Shown: in pieces, positions 18,817-27,570 of the stretch | How positions within the stretch are numbered: the stretch's first letter is position 1 | Layout: every line of letters starts with the position of its first letter | Assembly: GCA_963753435.1 (NCBI GenBank) | Contig: CAVWCF010000003.1 | Span: forward strand, 1 to 41,272 | Source: an uncultured Actinomycetota bacterium | GTDB lineage: Bacteria > Actinomycetota > Actinomycetes > CAVWCF01 | Reading direction: 5' to 3' | DNA length: 41,272 nucleotides | Translations under genes and position numbers: made by a program | Notes under the pieces: generated by a model | Told to the model about the DNA's origin: nothing | What the model saw: the letters and a program-made list of their open reading frames with translations, nothing else | Databases searched by the model: none

Positions 18817-19632
18817 ATGCCGCGCACCAAGCCCGGCGGCGGTCGGGAACTGGATCGCTGGGTGGCGGCTGCGCAGACCGGGGGACGGCTGGCGGCGACG
18901 GCGCTGACGGCGTTCGCAGCAACCACCACGAAGGACCCGCAGCGGGCTCTGCGCAAGGCGTACTCCAAGCAAATGGCCACCTACCGCAAAGGCAAGGCGG
19001 CGGTGCAGGCACGGGCCATCGCCGGAACCGCAGCCGCCGGGGCCGGTGCGACCGGTGCCGCCGTCGCCGCGGCAAGTGCGCAGCCCCCGATCGCGATCGC
19101 CATGGCCGCCGCGTCAGCCGGGATCGGCGTCTGGGCGGCGAAGTCCTGGCGCCGGCTGCGTGGCTACCCGGATCCGCCGACTCCGCCGCCGGAACCGCTG
19201 CCGGCGCTCAGCCCGACCGACCCGGGTTCGGACGCGATCGCCAGACTCGGTCGAGCAGAGATTTCACTTGCCGAGATGGTCCCGGCGGCTGCACGCGTGC
19301 ACCCGGGGGCCGCAGCGGAACTTCGGGCCGCGGCCGAGGCGGCGACACCAGCGTTGCACGACTTGGCCCACCGGCTGTCGATCCTGAACCGGCTGCGCCG
19401 AACAAGTGGTGAGCCCGCGGCCAGCGCCGACGCCGCCGCCCACACCGTGGCAGCCCGCCTGGCCGAAGGCGTCAACGCGTACGAACGCCTGATCGCTGCG
19501 GCAGCGTCGCTGTTGGCGGCTCCCGACCCCGGCCGCAGCGTGGCGGACGTGGTCGAACCCGCGGTCGAAGGGCTGACCGCGTACACGCTGGGCCTGCAGC
19601 ACGCCGACAGCGTCCTTCGCGATCCATCTTGA
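18817..19632 (+). CDS. PspM-like (Rv2743c-type) membrane protein
   Basis: Two hydrophobic helices, a Pro-rich linker and a helical C-terminal domain with RL.EGV.AYERL.AAAA. Resemblance judged by eye. Confidence 0.55.
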   Translation: MPRTKPGGGRELDRWVAAAQTGGRLAATALTAFAATTTKDPQRALRKAYSKQMATYRKGKAAVQARAIAGTAAAGAGATGAAVAAASAQPPIAIAMAAASAGIGVWAAKSWRRLRGYPDPPTPPPEPLPALSPTDPGSDAIARLGRAEISLAEMVPAAARVHPGAAAELRAAAEAATPALHDLAHRLSILNRLRRTSGEPAASADAAAHTVAARLAEGVNAYERLIAAAASLLAAPDPGRSVADVVEPAVEGLTAYTLGLQHADSVLRDPS

Positions 19633-19642
19633 CTGGGCCGCA

Positions 19643-21364
19643 CTACGGGTAGTCGGCGTTTCCGCGGCGGCGCTCCCGGATCATGGCGCCAAGGAAGCCG
19701 AACACCAAGAGCGCACCGACCGCCAGCGCTGCGAAGAACGCGACGATCGACCAGCGAGCCGCCACCTCGTACCCGTCGAGCTGGGTGAATGCGGCGGACG
19801 CGAAGGCGGTGCCGACCACGCCGAAACCGACTAGGAGTGCCACGACTACCTGGTTCACGATGGACCGCAGGCCTTGCACCTGCGACTCCAGCGAACTGGT
19901 ATCGAGATACAGGGTGAACTTGCCGCGCTTGAATTGGTCGCGCCAGGAGAGGAGCCCTTTGACGTACTCCGGGGCTTCCTGCAGGGCCTGGCCGGCGAGC
20001 TTCAGCGACTCCTTCTTGATGACGTCGCGGACCGCCTCCTCGGTGAACGCCTCCAGCCCCAGTTCCTGGGCGGCCTCGATGGCCGCCGTCGAGAAGGTCT
20101 CGCCTTGCGGCGCCAGCGGCTTGAAGAAGGCCGAGGCTTGGCCGAGCGCCTTGATCGCCAGGGTGAGTTGGGGGTCCAGGCGCAGACCGTTGTCCCGCAG
20201 CACCCCCATCCCCTGACTCAGCACGGCCGACACGTCCGCAACACCGGTGCCGGAGTACCTGGACATCCGCCGATCCCAGGCCTTTCGGAACCGCTCCTCG
20301 TCGACAGGACGGAAAGGCACGCTGAGCGACCGCAGTTGCTCGCCCATGGCGGGGATGTCGCCGCGGGTGAAGGCCCACAACATCCAGATGAGGTGGATCC
20401 GCTGCGACACCGTCAGTTCCCCGACCATGCCGCAGTCGAGGAAGGTGACCTCGCCGGTTTCGGTGTTCACGATCAGGTTGCCCGGATGCGGATCGGCGTG
20501 GAAATAGCCGTCGATCAGCAGCATCTTGATCGCCGCGCGCAGCGCTGACCGGCCGATCGCCTCGATATCGAGACCCGCGGCCCGCATCGCGTCGACGTTG
20601 GAGATCTTCACCCCGCTGACGAACTCCTGGGTCAGGACGCGGCCGGTGGACAGTGACCGGTGCAGTTCGGGGACCTTCACTCCCTCGATCGAGGCGAGGT
20701 TCTGCTGCAGCCGAACCATGTTGTACGCCTCGGCGTAGTAGTCGAGCTCCTCCAGCAGCGTGGAGGAGAACTCGTTGAGCATCGAGGCGATCCCCACCTC
20801 GCGCGCCCAGCCGCTGCGTCGTTCGGCGTACTGACCGAACAGGCGGGCGATGCCGAGGTCGGCCTGCACTTGCCGTTGCATCCGCGGGCGCTGCACCTTC
20901 ACCGCCACCTTGCGGCCGTCGTGCAGGGTCGCCACGTGGACCTGGCCCAACGAAGCAGCCGCCAACGGGACCTCGTCAAAAGTCGCGTACAACTCCTCGG
21001 GCGGGGCACCGAGCTCGTCGATGATCTGCTGGCGGATCTCGGCGTACGGGACCGGCGGGACCTCGTTCTGCAGCCGGTCGAGCTCGACCCGCCAGTCGTC
21101 GGGGAGAACCGCAGCCTGGCTGGAGACGATCTGGCCGAGCTTGACGTAGGTCGGGCCCAACTTCTCCAGGAGGAGTCGGGTGCGCACAGCGGAGGAGTAA
21201 GCCGGGATCGGCTCCTCGATCCGGTAGATCCAGCGCTGCATCGCCCGACGCGGCCGGCCGACCCAGGTGCGGTCGGCGAAACTCGCGGTGCCGAAGTCGA
21301 TGAGAGTCGAGTAGACCTGCTGCAGCCGCATGTTCTCGCTGGCGGTCGCCAGGGTGCTGCTCAT
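19643..21364 (-). CDS. ABC1/AarF/UbiB family atypical kinase with a C-terminal TM anchor
   Basis: [49 protein letters not shown]. Confidence 0.93.
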   Translation of the reverse strand: MSSTLATASENMRLQQVYSTLIDFGTASFADRTWVGRPRRAMQRWIYRIEEPIPAYSSAVRTRLLLEKLGPTYVKLGQIVSSQAAVLPDDWRVELDRLQNEVPPVPYAEIRQQIIDELGAPPEELYATFDEVPLAAASLGQVHVATLHDGRKVAVKVQRPRMQRQVQADLGIARLFGQYAERRSGWAREVGIASMLNEFSSTLLEELDYYAEAYNMVRLQQNLASIEGVKVPELHRSLSTGRVLTQEFVSGVKISNVDAMRAAGLDIEAIGRSALRAAIKMLLIDGYFHADPHPGNLIVNTETGEVTFLDCGMVGELTVSQRIHLIWMLWAFTRGDIPAMGEQLRSLSVPFRPVDEERFRKAWDRRMSRYSGTGVADVSAVLSQGMGVLRDNGLRLDPQLTLAIKALGQASAFFKPLAPQGETFSTAAIEAAQELGLEAFTEEAVRDVIKKESLKLAGQALQEAPEYVKGLLSWRDQFKRGKFTLYLDTSSLESQVQGLRSIVNQVVVALLVGFGVVGTAFASAAFTQLDGYEVAARWSIVAFFAALAVGALLVFGFLGAMIRERRRGNADYP

Positions 21365-21870
21365 CGCGTCGCCTCCGGGGTTGCCGCAGGAATCGGCTGC
21401 GGGGACGAGTCGGGCGCACTGAAGCCGCCGCCGCGGTCGATCACCGGCCGGTTGGTTCCCAGGATCGTGTCGAGGCACATCCCGACCAGACCGACGACGG
21501 CGCCACCGACGAGCAGCGACGTGACCCGGGCCACTTCAAGGCTGTCACCGAGCACCCAGGACAGCACCAGCAGCAGCACAGCGTTGATCGCGATGATGAC
21601 GAAGCCGTAGGACGCGACCAGATACCGCAGGGTGAAGAACTGCAGCACCGGCTTCAGCACGGCGTTGAGGACCCCGAAGACCACCCCGATCAGCGTTAGC
21701 TGACCCCACTGCCAGCCCTGGAAGCTGAGACCCGGCAGTACCAGCACGGTCACCACGACTGACAGTGCCGCCGAGACGAACTTGACGAGCAGCAACCGCC
21801 AGTTGCTGAGGTCGTCCCGCAAGCGTGCCAGGGCTTGCGTGGTGACCGTCTGCGTCCCGGAACTGCTCAT
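21361..21870 (-). CDS. 4-TM 'phage holin family' (YvlD/DUF360-like) membrane protein
   Basis: [12 protein letters not shown]...[13 protein letters not shown] matches the NA.VKP..GL...INA pattern. ATGA overlap with the kinase gene. Confidence 0.8.
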   Translation of the reverse strand: MSSSGTQTVTTQALARLRDDLSNWRLLLVKFVSAALSVVVTVLVLPGLSFQGWQWGQLTLIGVVFGVLNAVLKPVLQFFTLRYLVASYGFVIIAINAVLLLVLSWVLGDSLEVARVTSLLVGGAVVGLVGMCLDTILGTNRPVIDRGGGFSAPDSSPQPIPAATPEATR

Positions 21871-22001
21871 GGCCGCATGCTGCCGATCACCGTCTCTCCC
21901 GTCAGCGCGCCGCGCCGTAGCCGGGGGGCTAGGGTCTACTCGCACGGGATGCGCCGTTCGCGCGCCCGACCCCCCAAGACGGGTGCACACGAGGAGGACA
22001 C

Positions 22002-22424
22002 ATGAGCGACGACCTTGAGATCGGCCCTGTCGACTACTTGGTTATCGAGATCCCCGAAGCCAATGTCGACGGCAGCGGCCTGGAGGCGCTGCTCGACCTG
22101 GTGGACGCCGGGACGATCCGGATCCTGGACCTGGGGTTCCTCCGCAAGGGCACCGACGGTTCGGTGGAAGTTCTCGACATTTCCACCCTCGGAGCCACCT
22201 ACGCCGTCTTCGAAGGGGCCTCGTCAGGAATCCTCGGCGAGGACGATCTCTCCGAGGCCAGCAACGCCCTCGAGCCCGGCGTGATCGCCGCCGTGCTGGT
22301 GTACGAGAACACCTGGGCGGCCCCGTTCGCGACCGCGCTGCGTCGCAACGGCGCGCAGTTGGTGGCGTCCGGCAGGATCCCGATCAACGCCGTTCTGGCG
22401 GCCCTCGAGTCCGTCGAAGACTGA
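22002..22424 (+). CDS. DUF6325 family protein
   Basis: GPVDYLVIE, LVDAGTIRILD, YENTWA, SGRIP. GAGGAGG RBS. Confidence 0.85.
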   Translation: MSDDLEIGPVDYLVIEIPEANVDGSGLEALLDLVDAGTIRILDLGFLRKGTDGSVEVLDISTLGATYAVFEGASSGILGEDDLSEASNALEPGVIAAVLVYENTWAAPFATALRRNGAQLVASGRIPINAVLAALESVED

Positions 22425-22447
22425 ACCAGAGAACCTAGGAGGACACG

Positions 22448-22741
22448 ATGCCCGGATTGATCCGCGGAGTCGCCCGCACGGCTGTCATCGCCGGAACTGC
22501 GACCCACGTCTCCAACAACGTCTCGCGGCGCCAGGCCGGTCGCTGGGCCGAGAAGGACGCCGCCGCCCAACAGCAGGCCCCGCCGCAGCAGGCCTATGCC
22601 GCGCCGGCACCGGCTGCCCCCGCTGCCCCGGCGATGGAGGACAAGCTCGCCGACCTGCAGAAGCTTGGTGAGCTAAAGGCGGCCGGCGTGCTGACCGACG
22701 CCGAGTTCGAAGCCCAGAAGGCGCGGATCCTGGCCCAGTAG
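22448..22741 (+). CDS. SHOCT domain protein
   Basis: GLIRGVARTAVIAGTAT at the N-terminus and LGELKAAGVLTDAEFEAQKARIL at the C-terminus. Confidence 0.9.
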   Translation: MPGLIRGVARTAVIAGTATHVSNNVSRRQAGRWAEKDAAAQQQAPPQQAYAAPAPAAPAAPAMEDKLADLQKLGELKAAGVLTDAEFEAQKARILAQ

Positions 22742-22818
22742 CCCGACGCAGGCTTTGCCCTGCTGAGGCAACTACGCCATGCTCCTTGGGCGGGGAGTAC
22801 CCGACCGAGGAGTAGGCA

Positions 22819-23136
22819 ATGCCCAAGTACCTGATCCTGTATCGATCCAAGATGGCGCCGGGCGATCAGATGTCGACCATGAGCCCCGGGGAGATGCAGG
22901 CGGAGATGGACAAGTGGAACGCCTGGGGTCAGTCCGCCGGCGAGGCGCTTGTTGACTTCGGCGAACCCACGAAGCCGACCAGCGATGACGACCCCGGCCC
23001 CGCTGGCTGGGTCGGCGGCTACTCGGTCCTGCAGGCCGACGACGAAGCCGCCCTACAAGCGGTATTGGCCGATCACCCGCACAAGCCGTTCGGGACGATC
23101 GAGGTGCACGAGATCTTGCCGATGCCGGGCCAGTAG
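22819..23136 (+). CDS. YCII-related small protein
   Basis: KYLILY, W.AW....G.ALVD.G.P, GGYSVLQA, HPH, IEVHE. Confidence 0.75.
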   Translation: MPKYLILYRSKMAPGDQMSTMSPGEMQAEMDKWNAWGQSAGEALVDFGEPTKPTSDDDPGPAGWVGGYSVLQADDEAALQAVLADHPHKPFGTIEVHEILPMPGQ

Positions 23137-23205
23137 CTGCCAATCACGTCGATTCGACAGCGGACTTCAACCGGGCGAGTCCCTTTTCCAAAGCCGCCTA
23201 CCGCC

Positions 23206-24030
23206 TCAGGAGGCTGCGAACGGTCCCCGAGCCAACGCCCGGTACAGCACCGCGCTGAAGAGCGTGATCACCGCGGCCAGTCCGGCCATGAGCGCCGCGG
23301 CTGTGCTGGTCGGCTCATCGGTACGGGCCACCGCGACCCAACTCAAGCCCCAGGCCAAGGCGATGGCTGGCGCGATCCGACCCCGCAGCCCGATGGCCAG
23401 CAGCACCCCCACACCGGCCGCCACCCCCAGGATGGCCACGGCCCAGGTGGTCGCAGTCGACCCGGTCGCGGCCCAGCCGCTGAAGACCAACGCCGCAGCG
23501 GTGTTGGCAACGGTCGCGATGCACACCCACCCCAGGTACAGACCCATCGTCCCGTCGACGGCGATCGCCTCGGCTCTCGACGTCGGCGGGCGTTCGTTCA
23601 GGCGGACGAGCACGACGACGAGCACCACCAGCAGGGCCACGATCACGGCCACGCTGGCCCAAAGCCACTCCGCCTGCACCACGAGCACCCAAGCCGCGTT
23701 TATCAGCGCCGACGCCGCGATCCACCAGCCGACGCGTCGCTGTCGGGGGTCGGCACGACGGGCCGGGGTCAGTTGCAGGATCGCCAGCCACAACAACCCG
23801 GTGTAGATGATCGACCAGATGGCGAATGCCGGCCCTGCTGGCGCCACGAGGGTGGCGTCCGTGGCCAACGCCCCGTCCGCTACCTGGTTGACGGGCGTGC
23901 CGGTGACGGCGCCGGAACCCAGGAACGCGACCAGAGTTCCCGCGATCGCGCTGATCAGCACCACCCACTGCCGGGCGATGTCCGCCGACGTTGGTGGCCC
24001 GGTCGTGGCTTGAACTTGGGGTTCGGTCAT
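23206..24030 (-). CDS. Tryptophan-rich sensory protein (TspO/MBR-like)
   Basis: PAGPAFAIWSIIY, INAAW, LYLGWVCIATVAN. Confidence 0.85.
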   Translation of the reverse strand: MTEPQVQATTGPPTSADIARQWVVLISAIAGTLVAFLGSGAVTGTPVNQVADGALATDATLVAPAGPAFAIWSIIYTGLLWLAILQLTPARRADPRQRRVGWWIAASALINAAWVLVVQAEWLWASVAVIVALLVVLVVVLVRLNERPPTSRAEAIAVDGTMGLYLGWVCIATVANTAAALVFSGWAATGSTATTWAVAILGVAAGVGVLLAIGLRGRIAPAIALAWGLSWVAVARTDEPTSTAAALMAGLAAVITLFSAVLYRALARGPFAAS

Positions 24031-24096
24031 GCACGTGAACCTATCGGTCGCCGACCCACCAATCCGGGCAAGCGGACCTGTCCCATACTCCGGGCC

Positions 24097-24879
24097 GTGG
24101 AGTACGTGCTCGTCTGCCTGATCGCTTTTGCGGTGTCGGGCGTGACCTTGTACTCCGGATTCGGCTTGGGCACCTTGCTGCTGCCCGTCTTCGTGCTCTT
24201 CTTCCCGCCGCCCGTTGCAGTGGCCGCCACGGCGGTCGTGCATCTGGCCAACAACCTGTTCAAGGTCGGGCTCGTCGGCCGCAAGGCCGACGGCCGGGTG
24301 GTCCTGCGTTTCGGCGTCCCCGCCGTCATCGCCGCTTTCGTTGGCGCAGCGCTTCTCGGAGCGTTCGCCGCGGTTGAGCCGCTGTGGACGTTCGAGATAT
24401 CCGGCCGCGCCTACGAGGGCACCGCGGTGAAGGTGGTCATCGGACTGCTGATCATCGGTTTCGCCGTGCTGGACCTCACGCCGGCCCTGTCCAGGCTGCA
24501 GATCGACCAACGGTTCCTGCCGCTGGGCGGAGTGCTGTCGGGCTTCTTCGGTGGATTGTCCGGGTTGCAGGGTGCGCTGCGTTCGGCGTTCCTGGTCCGC
24601 GCCGGCTTGGACACCGCGGCCTTCGTCGGCACGTCCACCGTCACCGCGGTGATGGTCGACGTGGCCCGGCTGGTGGTTTACGGAATCGCCCTGTTGGGCG
24701 TCGGTGTTGTCGACCTGTCCGGCACTTGGGGCCTGATTGCGGCGGCGACGCTGTCCGCCTTCGCGGGGGCGTTCCTTGCCAGCCGCTACCTGCAGAAAGT
24801 GACGATGGCCGCAGTTCAGCGACTAGTTGCAGTTCTGCTGATCTTCGTCGGCGCCGCGATGGTCATCGGCTTGGTGTGA
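24097..24879 (+). CDS. Sulfite exporter TauE/SafE family protein
   Basis: SGFGLGTLLLP, HLANN..K, GG.LSGFFGGLSG.QG.LR. GTG start lies 7 nt after CATACT. Confidence 0.9.
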   Translation: MEYVLVCLIAFAVSGVTLYSGFGLGTLLLPVFVLFFPPPVAVAATAVVHLANNLFKVGLVGRKADGRVVLRFGVPAVIAAFVGAALLGAFAAVEPLWTFEISGRAYEGTAVKVVIGLLIIGFAVLDLTPALSRLQIDQRFLPLGGVLSGFFGGLSGLQGALRSAFLVRAGLDTAAFVGTSTVTAVMVDVARLVVYGIALLGVGVVDLSGTWGLIAAATLSAFAGAFLASRYLQKVTMAAVQRLVAVLLIFVGAAMVIGLV

Positions 24880-24885
24880 CCGGCG

Positions 24886-25197
24886 CTACTTGAAGATGCG
24901 CAGCAGGTCGCTGATCGGGTGCTGCGACTCCGCGGGGTGCCGGAAGCCGCGGTCGTGATGGATGACGTACCGGTTGCGACGGCCTTGCTTGATCTTGGTC
25001 ACGTAGCCGTCGCGCTCCAGGTCCGCCACGATCGTCTGGGCGGCGCGCTCAGTGATCCCCACGTCGGCAGCGACGTCACGGATGCGGGCCTCCGGGTCGA
25101 GGCTGAGCCGGATCAGCACATGCCCGTGGTTGGTGAGAAACGTCCAATTCCGCCCCGAGTCCACGTCCGGCGCGGTGGCTTTCGCCGTCCCTGCCAT
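24886..25197 (-). CDS. Small winged-helix transcriptional regulator (WTFLTNH type)
   Basis: WTFLTNHGHVL, RIRDVA..VGITERA.Q.IV.DL, GRRNRY, RHP. AGGAGG RBS. Confidence 0.9.
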   Translation of the reverse strand: MAGTAKATAPDVDSGRNWTFLTNHGHVLIRLSLDPEARIRDVAADVGITERAAQTIVADLERDGYVTKIKQGRRNRYVIHHDRGFRHPAESQHPISDLLRIFK

Positions 25198-25222
25198 GTC
25201 TGCCTCCTGACGGTATGTAGCC

Positions 25223-25280
25223 ACTATACCGGAATCGTGTTCCGGGCAATTCTAGACAGGAATTCTTTTTCCTGTATTGT
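25223..25280. promoter_or_regulatory. Back-to-back promoters with two palindromic operator-like boxes
   Basis: CCGGAA-N5-TTCCGG (25229-25245) abuts a minus-strand -10 TATAGT (25223-25228). ACAGGAA-N6-TTCCTGT (25256-25275) abuts a plus-strand -10 TATTGT (25275-25280). Confidence 0.65.
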
Positions 25281-25326
25281 CCTGCCTGCGATGTCGGCGC
25301 GACCGGCCCAGGATCGAGGAGTACTC

Positions 25327-26220
25327 ATGCGACCCCATGTGGAGATCATCGACGAGAAGGATCACATCTGGCACATGGCTGAGCTGGTGCACGGCACCGG
25401 CACCGCCCGCCAGCGCAACCTCTCCTACGACGAGGAGGACGGTTCCTGCTCGGCGCGCGTGGAGTTCCTGACGAAGTGGACCCGGCCCGGTGGCGTACAC
25501 CACGCCCAGACCGAGTGGTACGTCATGGACGGCGAGGTCACCATCGGAAACGACCGCCTGGTCAGCGGCGACTACTGGATGGCGCCGGCCGGAGTCGTGG
25601 TCCCACCAGTCGCGGTGGCCGCCGGCACCGTCGTCCTGCTGTTCCGTGAGTACGGCGACTGGGGCTTCGACCTCACCGACCGGCCCTGGCCCCACATTCG
25701 CCCCGACCAGGAGTTGGTCGTCCGGCGCACCTCCCAGATGCCGTGGATCCCGGTTGAGTTGGGCAGCCCGATGCGCTTCGACCTCGGCGGCACGCCCGTT
25801 GAGGGACTCTTCATCAAGATGCTCTTCCGCGACCCCAAGACCGGGTTCTACACCCGACTGATCAAGGCCAAGCCCGGCTGGCGCGAACACCCACTGGCAC
25901 ACCACCCCTGCTTTGAAGAGGCCTACTGCCTGGACGGTGGATTCGAATACAACTACGGCTCCATGTGGCCGGGCACCTACTTCTTCCGGCCGCCGCTGAT
26001 CCGCCACGGCGACTTCACCGCCGCCATGGAACAAGGCTGCACGTGGATCCTGCGATCGGACGCCGACCTCGTTGACTGGTACACCGAGGACGCGCGGGTG
26101 GAGATGCACGGCACCCCGCTGAACTACGGACCCGAGTTCCCCGGTTCGGCCGGCCCCCGCCTGTTCGAGCCGGTTCGCTCCCGCTCGATCGGACGGATGC
26201 TCGACCCGTCATACCAGTAG
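25327..26220 (+). CDS. DUF4437-like bicupin protein
   Basis: Two cupin halves: GVHHAQTEWYVMDG...GDYWMAPAG and AHHPCFEEAYCLDG...GTYFFRPPLIRHG. GAGGAG RBS. Confidence 0.75.
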   Translation: MRPHVEIIDEKDHIWHMAELVHGTGTARQRNLSYDEEDGSCSARVEFLTKWTRPGGVHHAQTEWYVMDGEVTIGNDRLVSGDYWMAPAGVVVPPVAVAAGTVVLLFREYGDWGFDLTDRPWPHIRPDQELVVRRTSQMPWIPVELGSPMRFDLGGTPVEGLFIKMLFRDPKTGFYTRLIKAKPGWREHPLAHHPCFEEAYCLDGGFEYNYGSMWPGTYFFRPPLIRHGDFTAAMEQGCTWILRSDADLVDWYTEDARVEMHGTPLNYGPEFPGSAGPRLFEPVRSRSIGRMLDPSYQ

Positions 26221-26253
26221 CCGGCCACCCGCTACCGGTTCTGAGGGGGAGGT

Positions 26254-27216
26254 TTGTCCACGATCGAAGTCGCCCTGGCCGGTTTGACCTCAGTGGCGGT
26301 GCTGGCTTTCGCCCTGGGTGTTGTCGCCTCCCGGTTCGGAGCCGACCTGCGGCTGCCCGACGCGGTCTACGTCTTCTTGTCGATGTTCCTGCTGCTGGCC
26401 ATCGGCATCAAGGGTGGCGTCGGCATGCGATCGGCCGACTTCGCCGACATCGGGCCCCCGGCCGCGGCCACGCTCGCCCTCGGGGTCATCACTCCGCTGC
26501 TGGCGTTCTGGCTGCTCCGGGCGTTCACTCGGCTGGGACGGATCGACCGGGCGGCGCTTGCGGCGCACTACGGGTCTACGTCCCTGGTCACCTTCACTGC
26601 GGCACTGGTCTTCCTGGACCGCAGCGAAGTCCCCTACGAGCCGTTCCTGGCGACATTGCTGGCGCTTCTTGAAGTCCCGGCGATCCTGGTTGGCCTCTAC
26701 CTGGCCGGCAGCGCGAGCGGTCCCCGCGCCGAAGCGGTGCGCGAGGTCTTTCAGTCCCGCAGCATCGTGCTGCTCGTCGGTGGGCTGGCCATCGGCTTCG
26801 CTACCGGACCGGACGGGTACGCAACCGTGGAGCCGTTCTTCGGTGCGCTGTTCCCCGGTGTACTGGCCTTCTTCCTGCTGGAGATGGGTGCCGTCGTGGG
26901 GCGCCGGCTGTCGGAAGTCCGGCAAGCCGGACCAGGACTGATCGCCTTCGCGATGGTGATGCCACTGATCGGCGGGACGCTAGGTGTGGCGGCGGGCAAC
27001 GCAACCGGGCTCGGCATCGGCGGCGCCACGGCTCTTGGGGTTCTCGTGGCCAGTGCTTCCTACATCGCAGCACCAGCGGCCGTGCGGTTGGCGCTGCCCT
27101 CGGCCAACCCCGCCTACTACTTGACCGCAAGCCTGGTGTTGACGTTCCCGTTCAACCTGGTAATCGGCATACCTGTCTACTACGTGATGGCCCAATGGTG
27201 GGGAGGAGCGCTATGA
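26254..27216 (+). CDS. sbtA: Sodium-dependent bicarbonate transporter family permease (SbtA/DUF897)
   Basis: LLLAIGIKGG, AAHYGSTSLVTF, LEVPAILV, FLLEMG, ASASYIAAPAA.R..P.A.P, SL.LTFPFN..IGIP.Y. Confidence 0.93.
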   Translation: MSTIEVALAGLTSVAVLAFALGVVASRFGADLRLPDAVYVFLSMFLLLAIGIKGGVGMRSADFADIGPPAAATLALGVITPLLAFWLLRAFTRLGRIDRAALAAHYGSTSLVTFTAALVFLDRSEVPYEPFLATLLALLEVPAILVGLYLAGSASGPRAEAVREVFQSRSIVLLVGGLAIGFATGPDGYATVEPFFGALFPGVLAFFLLEMGAVVGRRLSEVRQAGPGLIAFAMVMPLIGGTLGVAAGNATGLGIGGATALGVLVASASYIAAPAAVRLALPSANPAYYLTASLVLTFPFNLVIGIPVYYVMAQWWGGAL

Positions 27217-27527
27217 CCGAGCCGTCGACCTACTTGCTGACGATCGTCGCCGAGTCCGTCCTTGAGGAGCGACTGCTGCGCGACGTGGTCGCCAGCGGCG
27301 CATCCGGGTGGACCGTCTCACCATGCCGGGGAGCCACCAGCGACACCGGCCACGCGGGCGGCGAAGCCGACATCGAAGGCGGCAACATCAGGTTGGAGGT
27401 CCTGCTCCCCCACTCCAAACTCGAATCCCTATGGCAGGTGCTCGAATCCCGCTACTTCCAGGACTACTCCGTCATTGCCTGGAGCAGTGAGGTGCAGGTA
27501 CGCCGACCAGAGAAGTTCGGCGTCTAG
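27213..27527 (+). CDS. sbtB: PII-like regulator SbtB
   Basis: LTIVAESVLE, GASGWT, NIRLEV, YF.DY, V.V.RPEKF. ATGA coupling to sbtA. Confidence 0.88.
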   Translation: MTEPSTYLLTIVAESVLEERLLRDVVASGASGWTVSPCRGATSDTGHAGGEADIEGGNIRLEVLLPHSKLESLWQVLESRYFQDYSVIAWSSEVQVRRPEKFGV

Positions 27528-27570
27528 GCCGCGCGCAATTGCCGGCGCCGGGCATCTAGCGTGACCGCCT

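Noticed and set aside
21361-21870. Prophage, inferred from the holin-family gene
   Set aside because: There is no integrase, endolysin or structural gene, and this 4-TM family is commonly chromosomal.
23206-24879. Apparent long head-to-head overlap of the TspO and TauE ORFs
   Set aside because: The real starts at 24030 and 24097 leave a 66-bp gap, so the extensions are antisense shadows.
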